DNA of 64,000 nucleotides from an uncultured Gammaproteobacteria bacterium (GTDB lineage: Bacteria > Patescibacteriota > Patescibacteriia > UBA9934 > GWF2-40-263): positions 139,304 through 203,303 of the forward strand of contig CAZIDX010000001.1 in NCBI GenBank assembly GCA_964538435.1, read 5' to 3'. The notes beneath the pieces are model-generated. The model was not told the origin of the DNA, ran no database searches, and saw only the letters and a list, made by a program, of their open reading frames with translations. Shown in pieces: positions 1-10,526 of this stretch. Every line of letters starts with the position of its first letter. Positions within the stretch are counted from its first letter, which is position 1. Made by a program: the position numbers and the translations under genes.

Positions 1-695
1 AGAACCCCAGGTCTCTTACTAAGAAGTTGGAGCGCGTAAAGAATCAAGTCACCAAAATCAAGCGAGTCATTCTCAAGCAAGATTGATTGATACGTATGAT
101 ACGCCCGCGCTAATTCATCGAGTCGCTTTATCTCTGCTGTCATCTCCTCAGAGGCCTGTGCAGCATCCAAATCTGCTCTCTGCTCTTCCACAAAGGCCAG
201 ATAGGCTTCAGGGTCCATGCCCATGTCCTTCAAGCGCGAGAAGTGAGTAAGCATTGAACGAATATACTTCGTAGGGTTACCAAGCGGCCTGTAATGATCA
301 AGCTCAAATCGATCAAAATTCTGTCTTGCCAAAAGCCAGGCATCAAGTTCGTTTGCAAGCTGAAAATCTGTTGGCAGACCAATCTCCACTCCAAACTCTC
401 TAAGCAGCCGCTCACAAAAAGAATGAAAGGTCGAGATCTGCAAATCAACGTACCCATAAGGCAAAAGCATATCCACCCGCTCCTCCATTTCTGCTGCCGC
501 CTTGTCTGTGAACGTTAAAGCAAGAATCTGCTCAGGCTTCACAAGCCCCTGATCAATAAGCCATGCAATCCTGCGTGTAACAACCATTGTCTTCCCTGTT
601 CCTGCACCAGCAACAATCATCAGCGGCCCTTCCTTGTGGACCACTGCATCTTTTTGCTCTTCATTGAGCATTTCAAGCAAATCTTGTGTATTCAT
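1..695 (-). CDS. UvrD/PcrA/Rep-family DNA helicase, N-terminal part. The start codon is at 695 and the 3' end runs off the window.
   Basis: Manual minus-strand translation starts MNTQDLLEMLNEEQKDAVVHKEGPLMIVAGAGTGKTMVVTRRIAWLI..., containing a Walker A motif GAGTGKT and an LALTFTDKAA motif typical of superfamily-1 UvrD helicases. The six-frame track lists only complete ORFs, so this one is absent from it. Confidence 0.75.
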   Translation of the reverse strand, partial: MNTQDLLEMLNEEQKDAVVHKEGPLMIVAGAGTGKTMVVTRRIAWLIDQGLVKPEQILALTFTDKAAAEMEERVDMLLPYGYVDLQISTFHSFCERLLREFGVEIGLPTDFQLANELDAWLLARQNFDRFELDHYRPLGNPTKYIRSMLTHFSRLKDMGMDPEAYLAFVEEQRADLDAAQASEEMTAEIKRLDELARAYHTYQSILLENDSLDFGDLILYALQLLSKRPGV

Positions 696-820
696 ATCGC
701 AACTATCATATCATATTTAAAAAGTGCTGATTGTTGTCAAAAAACAAGACAAAACCCTTGACAAAAGCTTAAAAACAAGGTAATCCTTAATGGCCGATTT
801 TGGCTGAAAGGAAGGTATCG

Positions 821-2161
821 ATGTCACACCAACCCCCCGCACGACAGGACCAATTCCTGGATGTGCAGATCGTCCTGGGTCAACACACGATCGACCAGGA
901 CACACGACGCGTTTCGATCCTGCTCAAGGTCGAGCCTGCGAACACACCTCGCAACACAGACCGCGCACTCGACTACCGAATGGTCATCGACCGATCCGGT
1001 TCCATGTCGAGCTCAATCGGCCATGCTCACATGTCCCGACTCGAGGCTGCCAAGACGGCTGTCTCCGCGCTCGTCCGCAACCTAGGCGCCATCGATCAGG
1101 CCATGCTCTGCAGCTTCGACGACAAGGGTCGAGTGGATGTCTCCCTGGACCGCATGACCTCTGCGCGAATCAACACGATGTTGCGCAGGCTCGCTTCCAT
1201 GGAGACGGGTAACAGTACAGAGATCTCCAGCGGCGTACGCCTGGCTCTTGCACCGCAGACGCACGACAAGGTCCCCACGCGCCTGATCCTCCTCACCGAC
1301 GGTCAGAGCCACCCGAACGTCCGCAGAGATCACCAGCGACTCCTCGAGCTCGCTGATCGTTCCCGTAAGCTCGGCATCCCCTGGCTCATCTACGGAACCG
1401 GTGTGGACTACGACTTCGAGCTGCTCCAGCAGCTCCAGGCTCGCATCGGCCACGGTTCGTTCTGCAAGCACGTTCTGGACATGACTGGCTTCGAAGCTCA
1501 CCTTCAAGGTGAGCTCGCATTCCATCGCGGAATCGCCATCGAGGGCCTCAAGATCAGCGGTCAGGCCAAGTTCGGCCAGATCACCAAGGTGCTTCACTTC
1601 TGCCCCAGTCAGCAGGAGCTGCCCAACCGCGACGAAACCGACCAGAACAAGCCCTTGCCGCGTGACTACTTCACCCGCGGTGAGTTCCACGATGCTATTG
1701 GCTGCCTCGATCACTTCCGTGGTCAGCAGCTTCTCATCGAGATGGAAGTTCCACGCGTTGGCTGTGGCGTCCTCGACCTCATCGAGTTCAAGCTCGAGGG
1801 TCGTCAGCTCTCACGTGGTCTCCTGCACTTCAGCGAGCGCGTCAGTGCACAGGTCACCGTCGCTGATGATTCCAGCCAGGTCTCCAGCTACAACCCTGAA
1901 GTCCTCCGGGTCTACCAGGAAATGTCAGCTGCCCGCGCTGCCAAGCGTGAGGAGTACGAACGTGCTGCCCAGCTCTACCAGGCAACCGGCAACATGAGAG
2001 CTGCCACCGACATGCAGACCTTGCACCAGATGTCAGTGGCTGGTCACGATCGCACTGGCCTCCACCGCGAGGCGCACACCATGACCGGCGGCTACACCTC
2101 CATGTGCTTCACCGAGGAGATCGGTGTTCTGCACAACCGCGACTCGGACAGCCAACCATGA
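821..2161 (+). CDS. von Willebrand factor type A (vWA) domain protein (G+C-rich cassette)
   Basis: MIDAS-like motif DRSGSMSS, then ...T..., then LLTDGQS. A GAAGG RBS sits 6 nt upstream of the ATG at 821; the ORF-track start at 800 is a TTG. Its stop overlaps the next start in the sequence ATGA at 2158-2161. Confidence 0.7.
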   Translation: MSHQPPARQDQFLDVQIVLGQHTIDQDTRRVSILLKVEPANTPRNTDRALDYRMVIDRSGSMSSSIGHAHMSRLEAAKTAVSALVRNLGAIDQAMLCSFDDKGRVDVSLDRMTSARINTMLRRLASMETGNSTEISSGVRLALAPQTHDKVPTRLILLTDGQSHPNVRRDHQRLLELADRSRKLGIPWLIYGTGVDYDFELLQQLQARIGHGSFCKHVLDMTGFEAHLQGELAFHRGIAIEGLKISGQAKFGQITKVLHFCPSQQELPNRDETDQNKPLPRDYFTRGEFHDAIGCLDHFRGQQLLIEMEVPRVGCGVLDLIEFKLEGRQLSRGLLHFSERVSAQVTVADDSSQVSSYNPEVLRVYQEMSAARAAKREEYERAAQLYQATGNMRAATDMQTLHQMSVAGHDRTGLHREAHTMTGGYTSMCFTEEIGVLHNRDSDSQP

Positions 2162-2760
2162 GTGCGCTCACCTGCCCGGAGTGTGGGACCACTTATCCCA
2201 AAGGCACCCCCATGTGTCTGGATGACGGCCACATCTTCGTCAAGACAGATGCAGGTCAACAGAGCGCTGAGCTTGCAGAGGAGCCTATCCAGCTGCCGGC
2301 CCCGCGCAACGGCAAGCTGGCAAGACTCGAGCCTGGACCGGGTCCCCAGTTCTACATCGATGTGACACATGTCGATGGAACGGACTTCCCGCCAGGAACA
2401 CATCTCCAGCACTTTCCCCTCGAGCATCTCACTCGGGGCGAGCTGCGCGTAGGACGACGCACCAGAGGAAAACGGACACCCTACCAGCCTGAGGTCGATT
2501 TCCTAGACCTCATTCGAGATCACGCACTGGGAGGTCATGTGATCATCTCTCGCCTGCAGGCCACCCTGCTCATGGACGAGAGTGTTCCAGCGATTCGGCA
2601 TCAGCCCGATCAGATCACGACCTGGATACGGCGCTCAGGATCACCTGACAACAGAGCCCTGCGACCAAACCAGGTCGCCAAGCTGCGCCAACGCGACGTC
2701 ATCACATTCGGAAAGCCAGCACTGCGCTACGTGCGCGTCCGTGTTTGGTGGGACGAATAG
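2158..2760 (+). CDS. Zinc-ribbon plus FHA (forkhead-associated) domain protein, translationally coupled to the vWA gene
   Basis: N-terminal CPECG...C ribbon. FHA-like region: GELRVGRR...EVDFLDL...VIISRLQATLLMDES...SGSPDNRALRPNQVAKLRQRDVITFGKPALRYV. The ATG overlaps the upstream stop. Confidence 0.6.
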   Translation: MSALTCPECGTTYPKGTPMCLDDGHIFVKTDAGQQSAELAEEPIQLPAPRNGKLARLEPGPGPQFYIDVTHVDGTDFPPGTHLQHFPLEHLTRGELRVGRRTRGKRTPYQPEVDFLDLIRDHALGGHVIISRLQATLLMDESVPAIRHQPDQITTWIRRSGSPDNRALRPNQVAKLRQRDVITFGKPALRYVRVRVWWDE

Positions 2761-2774
2761 ACGCACAACCCCGC

Positions 2775-2842
2775 ACTCGTTAGAGTCCGGGGTTTTCTAT
2801 TACGCAAATTGAAAACCGAGTCCTTTCAGACCCGGTCGTTTC
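2775..2842. terminator. Back-to-back hairpin terminators separating the convergent genes 2158..2760 and 2843..3577
   Basis: Hairpin aaccccg...cggggtt followed by TTTTCTATTACG (+ strand). Hairpin gaccgggtc...gactcggt followed by TTTTCAATTTG (read on the - strand). Confidence 0.55.
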
Positions 2843-3577
2843 TCAGTAGCCCAGACCGAGAGCATTCTCGATCAGAACATTATGTGAAGCCACGAATCGG
2901 CTTCCGATGTTGTCGCGCTCATCCTGAAGCGCGCGCATGAGACCTTCTTCCCGCAAGCAAGCAGGATTGGATTCGGCCAACGCACTCGCATGCATAAGCG
3001 CTCGCGCCCACTCCTCGAACTTCTCGTCCGTGGGGGCTACAGCCACGCTCAAGTAGCACTTGTACTGCCCAGGCCATTGCACACCCGCCAGTGGGAACTC
3101 ACCGCCAGCATCTGCATCCACACACGCCACGATCTCGTCCACGATGATCGGATCACGGATCTCCTCGTAGAGTTCACGGGTACCAGCGAGAGGACCACCT
3201 TCCGCAGCTTGACGCGTTCCACCGAACAGAGAGAATCGACCGCGACATTCCGGGTTGGGGTGCTTGTGATCCTTCTTCTGCAGCAGAACCGAGTCGAGTG
3301 ATGCGTTCGCGATCACGGTCACAGCTCCGAACAGCCCCATGCGCTCGAACCTCACGAGCATCCAGGACCGAATCGCAGCAGCGCGGTGTTCATTGATCGA
3401 GACACGATCCAGACGACCATTCACCTTGACAGACGCCAGCTGTCCGTTCAAGGACAGCAGAACCGCGTCATCAGCCTCAGGGATACCGAGAAGTCGGCGC
3501 ACCCAGGCGTCCTCACCCTCCTTGGCATGATCCGGGTGTCGCCCCGGAGTCAGCTCGATCGGACAACTCACCAGCAT
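2843..3577 (-). CDS. Hypothetical protein (G+C-rich, 244 aa), convergent with the vWA/FHA pair
   Basis: Complete ORF with an AGGAGG RBS 4 nt upstream. No motif I can assign. Confidence 0.5.
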   Translation of the reverse strand: MLVSCPIELTPGRHPDHAKEGEDAWVRRLLGIPEADDAVLLSLNGQLASVKVNGRLDRVSINEHRAAAIRSWMLVRFERMGLFGAVTVIANASLDSVLLQKKDHKHPNPECRGRFSLFGGTRQAAEGGPLAGTRELYEEIRDPIIVDEIVACVDADAGGEFPLAGVQWPGQYKCYLSVAVAPTDEKFEEWARALMHASALAESNPACLREEGLMRALQDERDNIGSRFVASHNVLIENALGLGY

Positions 3578-3660
3578 GGGACCTCCTTTGCTAGCGGAGC
3601 TAAAACTTAATAAACATTAGACATGATGTCAACCTTTAGGCTATACTTGTGTCTCCTCGC

Positions 3661-4263
3661 ATGGAAAAACATATGGAAAACAAAAAACTCGACTCAGTAG
3701 TCGATTTTCTATTCGAAACCGGAATGCTCGCTCACACCCCACGAAGCGGATTCTTTTTCCTGGGAAGCGGAGAGCAAAGCGTAGCAGAACACATCAACCG
3801 CGCATCGTTTGTAGGATACTGCCTCGCCCAACTCGCAGGAGACGTTGATGTAGGAAAGGTAGTACAACTCTGCCTGTTCCATGACGTATCAGAATCACGC
3901 ATCTCTGACCTCAACTACGTTCACCAGATGTACACAGAACGTCTAGAGGACAAGGCACATGAGGACCTTACTTCTTCCCTACCCTTTGGCGATCATATGA
4001 AGGGCCTAATTGACGAGTATGAAGATCGAGAAACAAAGGAATCAATTCTTGCCAAAGATGCAGACAACATTGAACTGATTCTTTCGCTCAAGGAGCAACT
4101 CGACATTGGCAACGAACGCGCCAAGACCTGGATTCCAAGCGCACTTGAACGACTCAAAAGCGAAGAAGCTAAAATGCTTGGAAAGCGAATCGTGGAGACC
4201 GACTCTGACCGCTGGTGGTTTGCAGACAAGACAGACGACTGGTGGGTCAACCGAAAGAAATAA
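3661..4263 (+). CDS. HD-superfamily phosphohydrolase, YfbR-like 5'-deoxynucleotidase family
   Basis: HD-family motifs: ...AEHINRAS..., then LFHDVSESRISD, then KDADNIELIL. The start is uncertain (GTG at 3649, or ATG at 3661 or 3673). It is followed by the bidirectional terminator aaaaaaccggccttgcggctggtttttt at 4265-4295. Confidence 0.65.
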   Translation: MEKHMENKKLDSVVDFLFETGMLAHTPRSGFFFLGSGEQSVAEHINRASFVGYCLAQLAGDVDVGKVVQLCLFHDVSESRISDLNYVHQMYTERLEDKAHEDLTSSLPFGDHMKGLIDEYEDRETKESILAKDADNIELILSLKEQLDIGNERAKTWIPSALERLKSEEAKMLGKRIVETDSDRWWFADKTDDWWVNRKK

Positions 4264-4292
4264 ACAAAAAAACCGGCCTTGCGGCTGGTTTT

Positions 4293-5189
4293 TTAATTAA
4301 GCTCCTTGTCAATTGCCTGCATGCTCTCAATGCGTTTTTCAATTTTTGTCTTGAATCCACTGAGTAAAATTGATGTTGCCTTAACAAGATTATCCTCACT
4401 TCCACCATCGGCTTCAATCTGATCTCTTTTTCCATAAAAAATTTCAGCTTGCCTATCTTTCAACCCAATGAAATCCAGTATCTGCTCACCACTCATCTCC
4501 TCTGAGTCCTCACCTACATCTTCTTTGCCTGCCAAGTGCTTCCAAATTTTCTCTTCAACGCTTGGGTCCAATAAAAATTCTGCTACCTCCTTTGTGTTCC
4601 TAAAAACTCGCGATTCATGCCTGAGGTTGCGATCGTATTGTTTCCTGAGCTCCTGCAATGTCAATACTTTGAATCCAAATGCTGTATCCTTGCGTCTTTG
4701 AAACGCTTGAGGATCCACCATGATTGATTTGTAAAAAAACTCAAATGGGTAATCAACCTTCACCGGCCCATCCGCCCCCTGCACCTCAACCTGCAAAACC
4801 CCACCAAGCCTTCTTACCTCTTCACCCTTGTACCGCTTATAACGCCCCTTGTTCGCAAATTTGACTCCAGGAATATTTCTCAAACGTCTCCTGATTTCAT
4901 TAAGAGAATCAAGGCTCTCAACAGCAACGTCTAGATCACCAGGAAAAACCTCTTTCAATGAATCAATATCCCTTTTCATGCCCTGCAAAAATCTAGCTGT
5001 GCTAGCAAACACAACATAATCAGGAATATCCTGAAGCGCATCACGAATCTGAGTGAGTGCTGTCTCCATTGCTTGTTGCTTAATCTCAATCGGAACATCA
5101 TCACTCTCAATATCAAGAGCCTCAGGCTGCGGCTCCTGCACCTCAGCTAATTTTGCTTGATCTAATTCAAAAGCACACATACTTCCCAA
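4293..5189 (-). CDS. Nucleotidyltransferase-fold (pol-beta superfamily-like) protein, function unknown
   Basis: VVFASTARFLQGMKRDIDS...GDLDVAV resembles the minimal NTase signature (G/S-x9-13-DxD). The rest is unrecognised. Confidence 0.35.
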   Translation of the reverse strand: MGSMCAFELDQAKLAEVQEPQPEALDIESDDVPIEIKQQAMETALTQIRDALQDIPDYVVFASTARFLQGMKRDIDSLKEVFPGDLDVAVESLDSLNEIRRRLRNIPGVKFANKGRYKRYKGEEVRRLGGVLQVEVQGADGPVKVDYPFEFFYKSIMVDPQAFQRRKDTAFGFKVLTLQELRKQYDRNLRHESRVFRNTKEVAEFLLDPSVEEKIWKHLAGKEDVGEDSEEMSGEQILDFIGLKDRQAEIFYGKRDQIEADGGSEDNLVKATSILLSGFKTKIEKRIESMQAIDKELN

Positions 5190-5275
5190 ATTGTATCACA
5201 AAACCGGCCTCTCGACCGGTTTCTTATAATCTCTATCCACCCCACAAGCAAGCTATCATCTCAAACCAGTTAGGA

Positions 5276-5357
5276 GGTAATGTGAGAATTTCACGAGGTG
5301 GTGGTCATCTATACTTCGAGATGGCCCGGCTCCGCCGAGTGAGATACTCGCATTACC
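5276..5357 (+). repeat. Hairpin-embedded conserved element, copy 1 (core 5296..5336)
   Basis: Core aggtggtggtcATctatacttcgagaTggcccggctccgcc sits inside the locus-specific inverted repeat ggtaatg...cattacc. The stem gtcAtct/agaTggc carries a compensatory change relative to copies 2-4. Confidence 0.7.
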
Positions 5358-5380
5358 TGCTAACTGGCGTCAATCTCAGC

Positions 5381-6022
5381 CTAGGCTTTTGCTTGCTCTG
5401 CCTCCTCAATCATATCTTTCACCTTCATAAGCGTGATAATGGTTCCACGCTCCTGCTCTGCAAGTTTGTTCTGAATGAACTTGATGGTTTCCTTCATCCG
5501 AGGGATGTACACATACTCTAGCGCATTCACACGCCGCCGAGTCTTCTCAATCTCCTCTGCAAGAAGCTTTGCGCTGTGCTCAACCTCTGCGAGCCTCACC
5601 ATGCTCTCAAGTGACTCTGAGAAATTCTGCAACGCAACATCAAGCTCTGAACTTGTAAAGCTGAATCCATACGAAAGAAAGTCACCTTCCTGTTTGTACT
5701 CAAACTGAGGCACCTCTACACTCATCACGTTCTTCACCTCTGCACTGAGGTATGTCTTCATGCTCGGCAAGAGGAACGCGCTCTTTAGCACAGATGGAGG
5801 TGTCTTAGCAGATGCAAACAAGAATGCACGAAACCCCACAGCAAGCTGATCTTCAACGGTTTCCCTGAGGGTCTTTGCTTCACGAATAATCTCCATGAAC
5901 TGTTTCATGAGACCATCACGCTTGTCCTTAAGTAGCTTATAACCTCGCTGAGAGGTCTTCAGCTTGCGCTTAAGAAGCAGCAATTCTTGTCGTGTTGGAT
6001 TGACTCCTAAGGCATTTGCCAT
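5381..6022 (-). CDS. atpD: A/V-type ATP synthase subunit D
   Basis: 213-aa coiled-coil protein at the end of the A-ATPase operon, with the typical size, position and heptad pattern. Confidence 0.75.
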   Translation of the reverse strand: MANALGVNPTRQELLLLKRKLKTSQRGYKLLKDKRDGLMKQFMEIIREAKTLRETVEDQLAVGFRAFLFASAKTPPSVLKSAFLLPSMKTYLSAEVKNVMSVEVPQFEYKQEGDFLSYGFSFTSSELDVALQNFSESLESMVRLAEVEHSAKLLAEEIEKTRRRVNALEYVYIPRMKETIKFIQNKLAEQERGTIITLMKVKDMIEEAEQAKA

Positions 6023-6027
6023 AAGGA

Positions 6028-7434
6028 TTATTCGTTATCTGACTTGTCTTCTTTCTTAGGAAGATACTTCTCAATATGATGCTCTTTGAGCCTCTTGAGC
6101 TCACGTTTTGGCAAGATAGTGAAAAGCTTCCAAGCGATTTCAAGAGTCTCTTCAATTGACCGATCATCATCCTTTCCTTGAGTGATAAACTCCTTTTCAA
6201 ACGCTTCAGCAAACTTGATGTATGCACGTTCAGCATCACTAAGAGCTGACTCACCAAGAATCACCGCAAGCTCACGAGCCTCTTTACCTGTCGCATATCC
6301 AGCAAAGAGCTGGTTAGCAACACCTGAGTGGTCATCACGTGTCTTTCCTTCTCCAATACCCTTTGACGCAAGTCGTGAAAGAGATGGAAGTGGATCAATA
6401 CATGGATAAATACCCTTTCGGTAAAGCTCTCGAGAAACAACCACCTGCCCCTCTGTAATGTAACCCGTAAGGTCAGGGATTGGGTGAGTCTTATCGTCTT
6501 CTGGCATGGTCAAGATCGGAATCTGTGTTACTGATCCTTTTCGTCCGCGAATCTTTCCTGCTCGTTCGTAGATAGTTGAAAGGTCCGTGTAGAGATATCC
6601 AGGATAACCACGTCGTCCAGGAATCTCCTTACGAGCCGCACCAACTTCTCGAAGTGCCTCACAGTAGTTGGTAAGGTCTGTCAAAATCACGAGTACATGC
6701 TTGCCTTTTTCAAACGCAAGGTACTCTGCTGTTGTGAGCGCCATTCGTGGAAGTGTGATTCGTTCAACCACTGGATCATCAGCTAGGTTGATAAAAAGCA
6801 CTGATCGCTCAATCGCCCCTGTTTTCTTGAACTCATTGATAAAAAACTCAGACTCCTCAAACGTCACACCCATCGCACCAAAAATCACACAGAAATCCTC
6901 ATCATCACCACCAGCATCAGAAACAACCTTTGCCTGACGCGCAATCTGCGCGGCAATCTCATTATGTGGAAGTCCAGCACCTGAGAAGAGTGGAAGTTTC
7001 TGTCCACGCACAAGTGTGTTAAGCCCATCAATGGTTGAAATACCAGTCTGGTAAAAGTCCTCTGGAAGCTCACGTGAGTACGGGTTGATTGGAGCACCGT
7101 TGATATCCAAATACTTCTCTGGAATCACAGCAGGCATACCATCCTTTGGATCAGCCACTCCTGAGAACACTCGTCCAAGCATGTCTGTTGACACACCGAT
7201 CTGAAGTGTCTTCCCAAGGAATGTTGCTGTTGCATTGTCCACGTCAATCCCTGATGTTCCCTCAAACATCTGCACAACCGCGTGCTTGTCTGTGATCTCA
7301 AGAACACGACCTCGTCGCTTTTCTCCATCACCAAGCTCCACCTCTACAATTTCTTCGTACATGACATCTGTAATGCCATCCACGATCACAAGTGGTCCCT
7401 GGACCTCCTTGATTGTCTTGTATCGTTTTTCCAT
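6028..7434 (-). CDS. atpB: A/V-type ATP synthase subunit B (non-catalytic)
   Basis: 468 aa with characteristic B-subunit sequence (...[38 protein letters not shown]...) and no canonical P-loop. Confidence 0.9.
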   Translation of the reverse strand: MEKRYKTIKEVQGPLVIVDGITDVMYEEIVEVELGDGEKRRGRVLEITDKHAVVQMFEGTSGIDVDNATATFLGKTLQIGVSTDMLGRVFSGVADPKDGMPAVIPEKYLDINGAPINPYSRELPEDFYQTGISTIDGLNTLVRGQKLPLFSGAGLPHNEIAAQIARQAKVVSDAGGDDEDFCVIFGAMGVTFEESEFFINEFKKTGAIERSVLFINLADDPVVERITLPRMALTTAEYLAFEKGKHVLVILTDLTNYCEALREVGAARKEIPGRRGYPGYLYTDLSTIYERAGKIRGRKGSVTQIPILTMPEDDKTHPIPDLTGYITEGQVVVSRELYRKGIYPCIDPLPSLSRLASKGIGEGKTRDDHSGVANQLFAGYATGKEARELAVILGESALSDAERAYIKFAEAFEKEFITQGKDDDRSIEETLEIAWKLFTILPKRELKRLKEHHIEKYLPKKEDKSDNE

Positions 7435-7435
7435 A

Positions 7436-9187
7436 TTATTGCGCAGAGATTAAATTCTTAATCTGATCTGCTGCTGTCTTTGCAAGTCCTTTAAGCTTGT
7501 CCTCGTCTGTCTCTAGTTTTGCTTTTGCAATCTCATCCTTAAACGGAAGCTCCGAAAGGTCTTTTACTTTTACATCCTTCTCTACAGCCTGAGTAGCATT
7601 CTCATGGAAGGTCATAATAGCCTTTAGCATGAGGTACATCCGTGCAGGAGGTGTGTATCCATCAACATCATCAAACGCAAACTGCTGCAAGTAGTCCTCA
7701 CGAATTGACTTGGCAGTATCAAGCACAACCTGCTCCTTTGCAGAGAGCGCATCAAGACCAACAAGCTTTACAATCTCCTGCAAACTGGACTCTTCCTGAA
7801 GAATTCCCATTGCTTCCATTCGCATTTCAGGCCAATCATTTCCAAAGTTCGCTCTCGCGTACTCTTCAATGTTATCCGTGTAAAGAGAGTAACTGTTGAG
7901 CCAATGAATCGCTGGGAAGTGACGTCGGTTAGCAAGCCCAGAGTCAAGCCCCCAGAACACCTTTGTCACACGAAGCGTGTTCTGTGTAACAGGCTCTGAA
8001 AGGTCTCCACCAGGAGGACTCACCGCACCAATAACAGAAAGTGACCCCTTGCGATCATCTTCTCCAAGACAGTTCACAGCACCAGCACGCTCGTAGAACG
8101 CAGCTGTTCGTGAACCCAAGTACGCTGGGTATCCCTCCTCACCAGGCATCTCCTCTAGTCGTCCAGAGATCTCACGAAGCGCCTCAGCCCATCGTGAAGT
8201 TGAGTCAGCCATAAGAGCCACATTGTAGCCCATGTCTCGGTAATACTCTGCCAAAGTAATTCCTGTGTACACAGACGCCTCACGCGCTGCCACAGGCATG
8301 TTTGATGTGTTTGCGATCATGGATGTTCGTTCCATGAGTGGCTTTCCTGACTTCGGGTCAATAAGCTCCGGGAACTCAACCAACACGTCTGTCATCTCGT
8401 TTCCACGCTCACCACAACCAATGTAGATGATGATGTCAGCATCACAATGCTTAGCAAGCGACTGCTGCGTCACGGTCTTTCCTGCTCCAAACGGTCCAGG
8501 AATACATGCTGCTCCACCTTTAACCAGTGGGAAGAATGTGTCCAAAATGCGCTGCCCAGTCACAAGCGGAGTCTTAGGCAAAACCTTTTCCTTGTACGGT
8601 CGTGGCTTTCGAATCGGCCATTTCTGCATCATTTGAATCTCAACATCTCCAACCTTCCCGATCACTTCTTCCACAGTGTATGAACCACTCTTTACTCCGG
8701 TGATCGTTCCCTCCACTCCAGGCGGCACCATGATTTTGTGCTCAATAAGATCGGTTTCTTGAACGGTTCCGATAACATCACCAGGATGCACTGGCTCACC
8801 ATCGCTCATAAGGGCCTTAAAGTCCCATTTCTTTTCACGGTCAAGTCCAGGCGCCTCAATTCCTTTTGTAATGTAAGGAGACTGAGCGATGCGTTCGATC
8901 GACTCAAGAGGGCGCTGAACACCGTCATAAATTGATTTCAAGATTCCGGGCCCAAGCTCTACAGAGAGAGGCATTCCTGTCATAAGTACTGGGTCACCTG
9001 GTTTGAGACCAGCTGTATCCTCGTACACCTGAATGGATGCCGTGTCACCCTGGAGTTTGATGATTTCACCCACAAGCTTGTGCTCACCGATTTTAACCAC
9101 GTCGAACATTCGCGCGTTGGTCATTTCAGCGGCAACCACAAGTGGTCCAGAAACCTTGATGATAACTCCGTTGTGTTCTTTCGCCAT
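7436..9187 (-). CDS. atpA: A/V-type ATP synthase catalytic subunit A
   Basis: 583 aa with Walker A motif GPFGAGKT and A-subunit-specific non-homologous region. Confidence 0.9.
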   Translation of the reverse strand: MAKEHNGVIIKVSGPLVVAAEMTNARMFDVVKIGEHKLVGEIIKLQGDTASIQVYEDTAGLKPGDPVLMTGMPLSVELGPGILKSIYDGVQRPLESIERIAQSPYITKGIEAPGLDREKKWDFKALMSDGEPVHPGDVIGTVQETDLIEHKIMVPPGVEGTITGVKSGSYTVEEVIGKVGDVEIQMMQKWPIRKPRPYKEKVLPKTPLVTGQRILDTFFPLVKGGAACIPGPFGAGKTVTQQSLAKHCDADIIIYIGCGERGNEMTDVLVEFPELIDPKSGKPLMERTSMIANTSNMPVAAREASVYTGITLAEYYRDMGYNVALMADSTSRWAEALREISGRLEEMPGEEGYPAYLGSRTAAFYERAGAVNCLGEDDRKGSLSVIGAVSPPGGDLSEPVTQNTLRVTKVFWGLDSGLANRRHFPAIHWLNSYSLYTDNIEEYARANFGNDWPEMRMEAMGILQEESSLQEIVKLVGLDALSAKEQVVLDTAKSIREDYLQQFAFDDVDGYTPPARMYLMLKAIMTFHENATQAVEKDVKVKDLSELPFKDEIAKAKLETDEDKLKGLAKTAADQIKNLISAQ

Positions 9188-9190
9188 AAA

Positions 9191-9523
9191 TTAATTGTTG
9201 AATAGAATATCGCTTCCAATCGCCTGCTCAACAATCTTTTTCAAGTTTGCCAAACCGTCCTTTGTTGCCCCTTGCGGAGACGGAACAGTCACAAGCGCTG
9301 GAAGTGCTTCGTTTTTAAATGCTTCATCAAGGCTTGAGCGCACACGCGTGGCCCACTCCTCGGTAATGAATACTGCTGCAAATTGGTCTGATTTGAGTGT
9401 CTTGATGATCTCATCAATTTCACTCTCTTCCTTGATTGGCAAGCAAGCCACACCAAGAGGAATAAACCCCATGATGGCTTCCTCACTTCCAATGACACCA
9501 ATTTTGTAGTTTTGCTCTGCCAT
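9191..9523 (-). CDS. atpF: A/V-type ATP synthase subunit F
   Basis: 110 aa, positioned between subunits C and A as in A-ATPase operons. Confidence 0.7.
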   Translation of the reverse strand: MAEQNYKIGVIGSEEAIMGFIPLGVACLPIKEESEIDEIIKTLKSDQFAAVFITEEWATRVRSSLDEAFKNEALPALVTVPSPQGATKDGLANLKKIVEQAIGSDILFNN

Positions 9524-9524
9524 A

Positions 9525-10523
9525 TTAGTACGTATCTACAAGATGCTTTCGAATCTCTGAAGGCTCAATCTCACCAAACTTCAATGCCATGATTGTGCTC
9601 AGATTCTTGATCGCAAATTTCTTTCCAAAGTAATACGCAACCACCACTTCAGGCCCATACCCAATAAGCTTAGCCTTCTTGAGATGATCAATGATCACAT
9701 TATTGATTCCCCGAGACAGTCTCCAGATCTCCCTATCCTTCATGTAGTCCTCAATGTGCTCATCAAGCATCGGCGGAAAGTAATTTCTAAGCTGACCTAC
9801 AAATTCTGCTTCATCCGCAGAATCAACATGAGCCATAAAAACATGTAATGAGATATTCCCATAACTGTTTAAACGTTCCTTGACCCACGCAGAACTCTTT
9901 CCAAGTCTCTTTCCGCGAAGCAATAGCTTGATATTGTTTTTGTCAGCAAAGTACTTGTACAAATCAATAATAAATTGATTGCCAATCTTCTTTGCGATTG
10001 AGTGCTCAATGTGATTGAGCTTCTGGTCAACAAGATTTTCAATTCGCTCTGCATCAACCTCTTCTCCAATCTCTTGCTTAAGCTCGTCAATGTCTCTCTT
10101 TACTTTTTCATCAATCTCAGCACCAAGATCCTCAACAATATATCGTCGAAGCTGATCAATCGGGATAAGACCAGGCGCTGTCTCAAGGTGGTCCTCATAA
10201 TTCTCACCAGAAACTTTTTCTTTAAACAGTATCTTGATGTTGTAAAAATCTCGTTCAAGGAACAAAAGTCGCATGAGCTTTGGTTCAGGAATCGTCTGCT
10301 CAAACACTTTCTTGAGTCGGCTCATCTTTCGGCTCATGGCAACGCGGTAATCCTTTGCTTCCAAATCAAGAAGCTCACCCGCATAGTCAAGACTATTAAA
10401 AGCCTTAAACGCAATATCAGGCGTTTTTGCATCGATCACACGTGTCATGTCCGCATCGCTCAAAAGATGTTTCTCTAGGGAGCGAATCTTGGAACTGACG
10501 TAGATGTAATTATCGCGTGACAT
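9525..10523 (-). CDS. atpC: A/V-type ATP synthase subunit C (V-type d)
   Basis: 332-aa helical protein in the expected position. Confidence 0.7.
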   Translation of the reverse strand: MSRDNYIYVSSKIRSLEKHLLSDADMTRVIDAKTPDIAFKAFNSLDYAGELLDLEAKDYRVAMSRKMSRLKKVFEQTIPEPKLMRLLFLERDFYNIKILFKEKVSGENYEDHLETAPGLIPIDQLRRYIVEDLGAEIDEKVKRDIDELKQEIGEEVDAERIENLVDQKLNHIEHSIAKKIGNQFIIDLYKYFADKNNIKLLLRGKRLGKSSAWVKERLNSYGNISLHVFMAHVDSADEAEFVGQLRNYFPPMLDEHIEDYMKDREIWRLSRGINNVIIDHLKKAKLIGYGPEVVVAYYFGKKFAIKNLSTIMALKFGEIEPSEIRKHLVDTY

Positions 10524-10526
10524 GGA

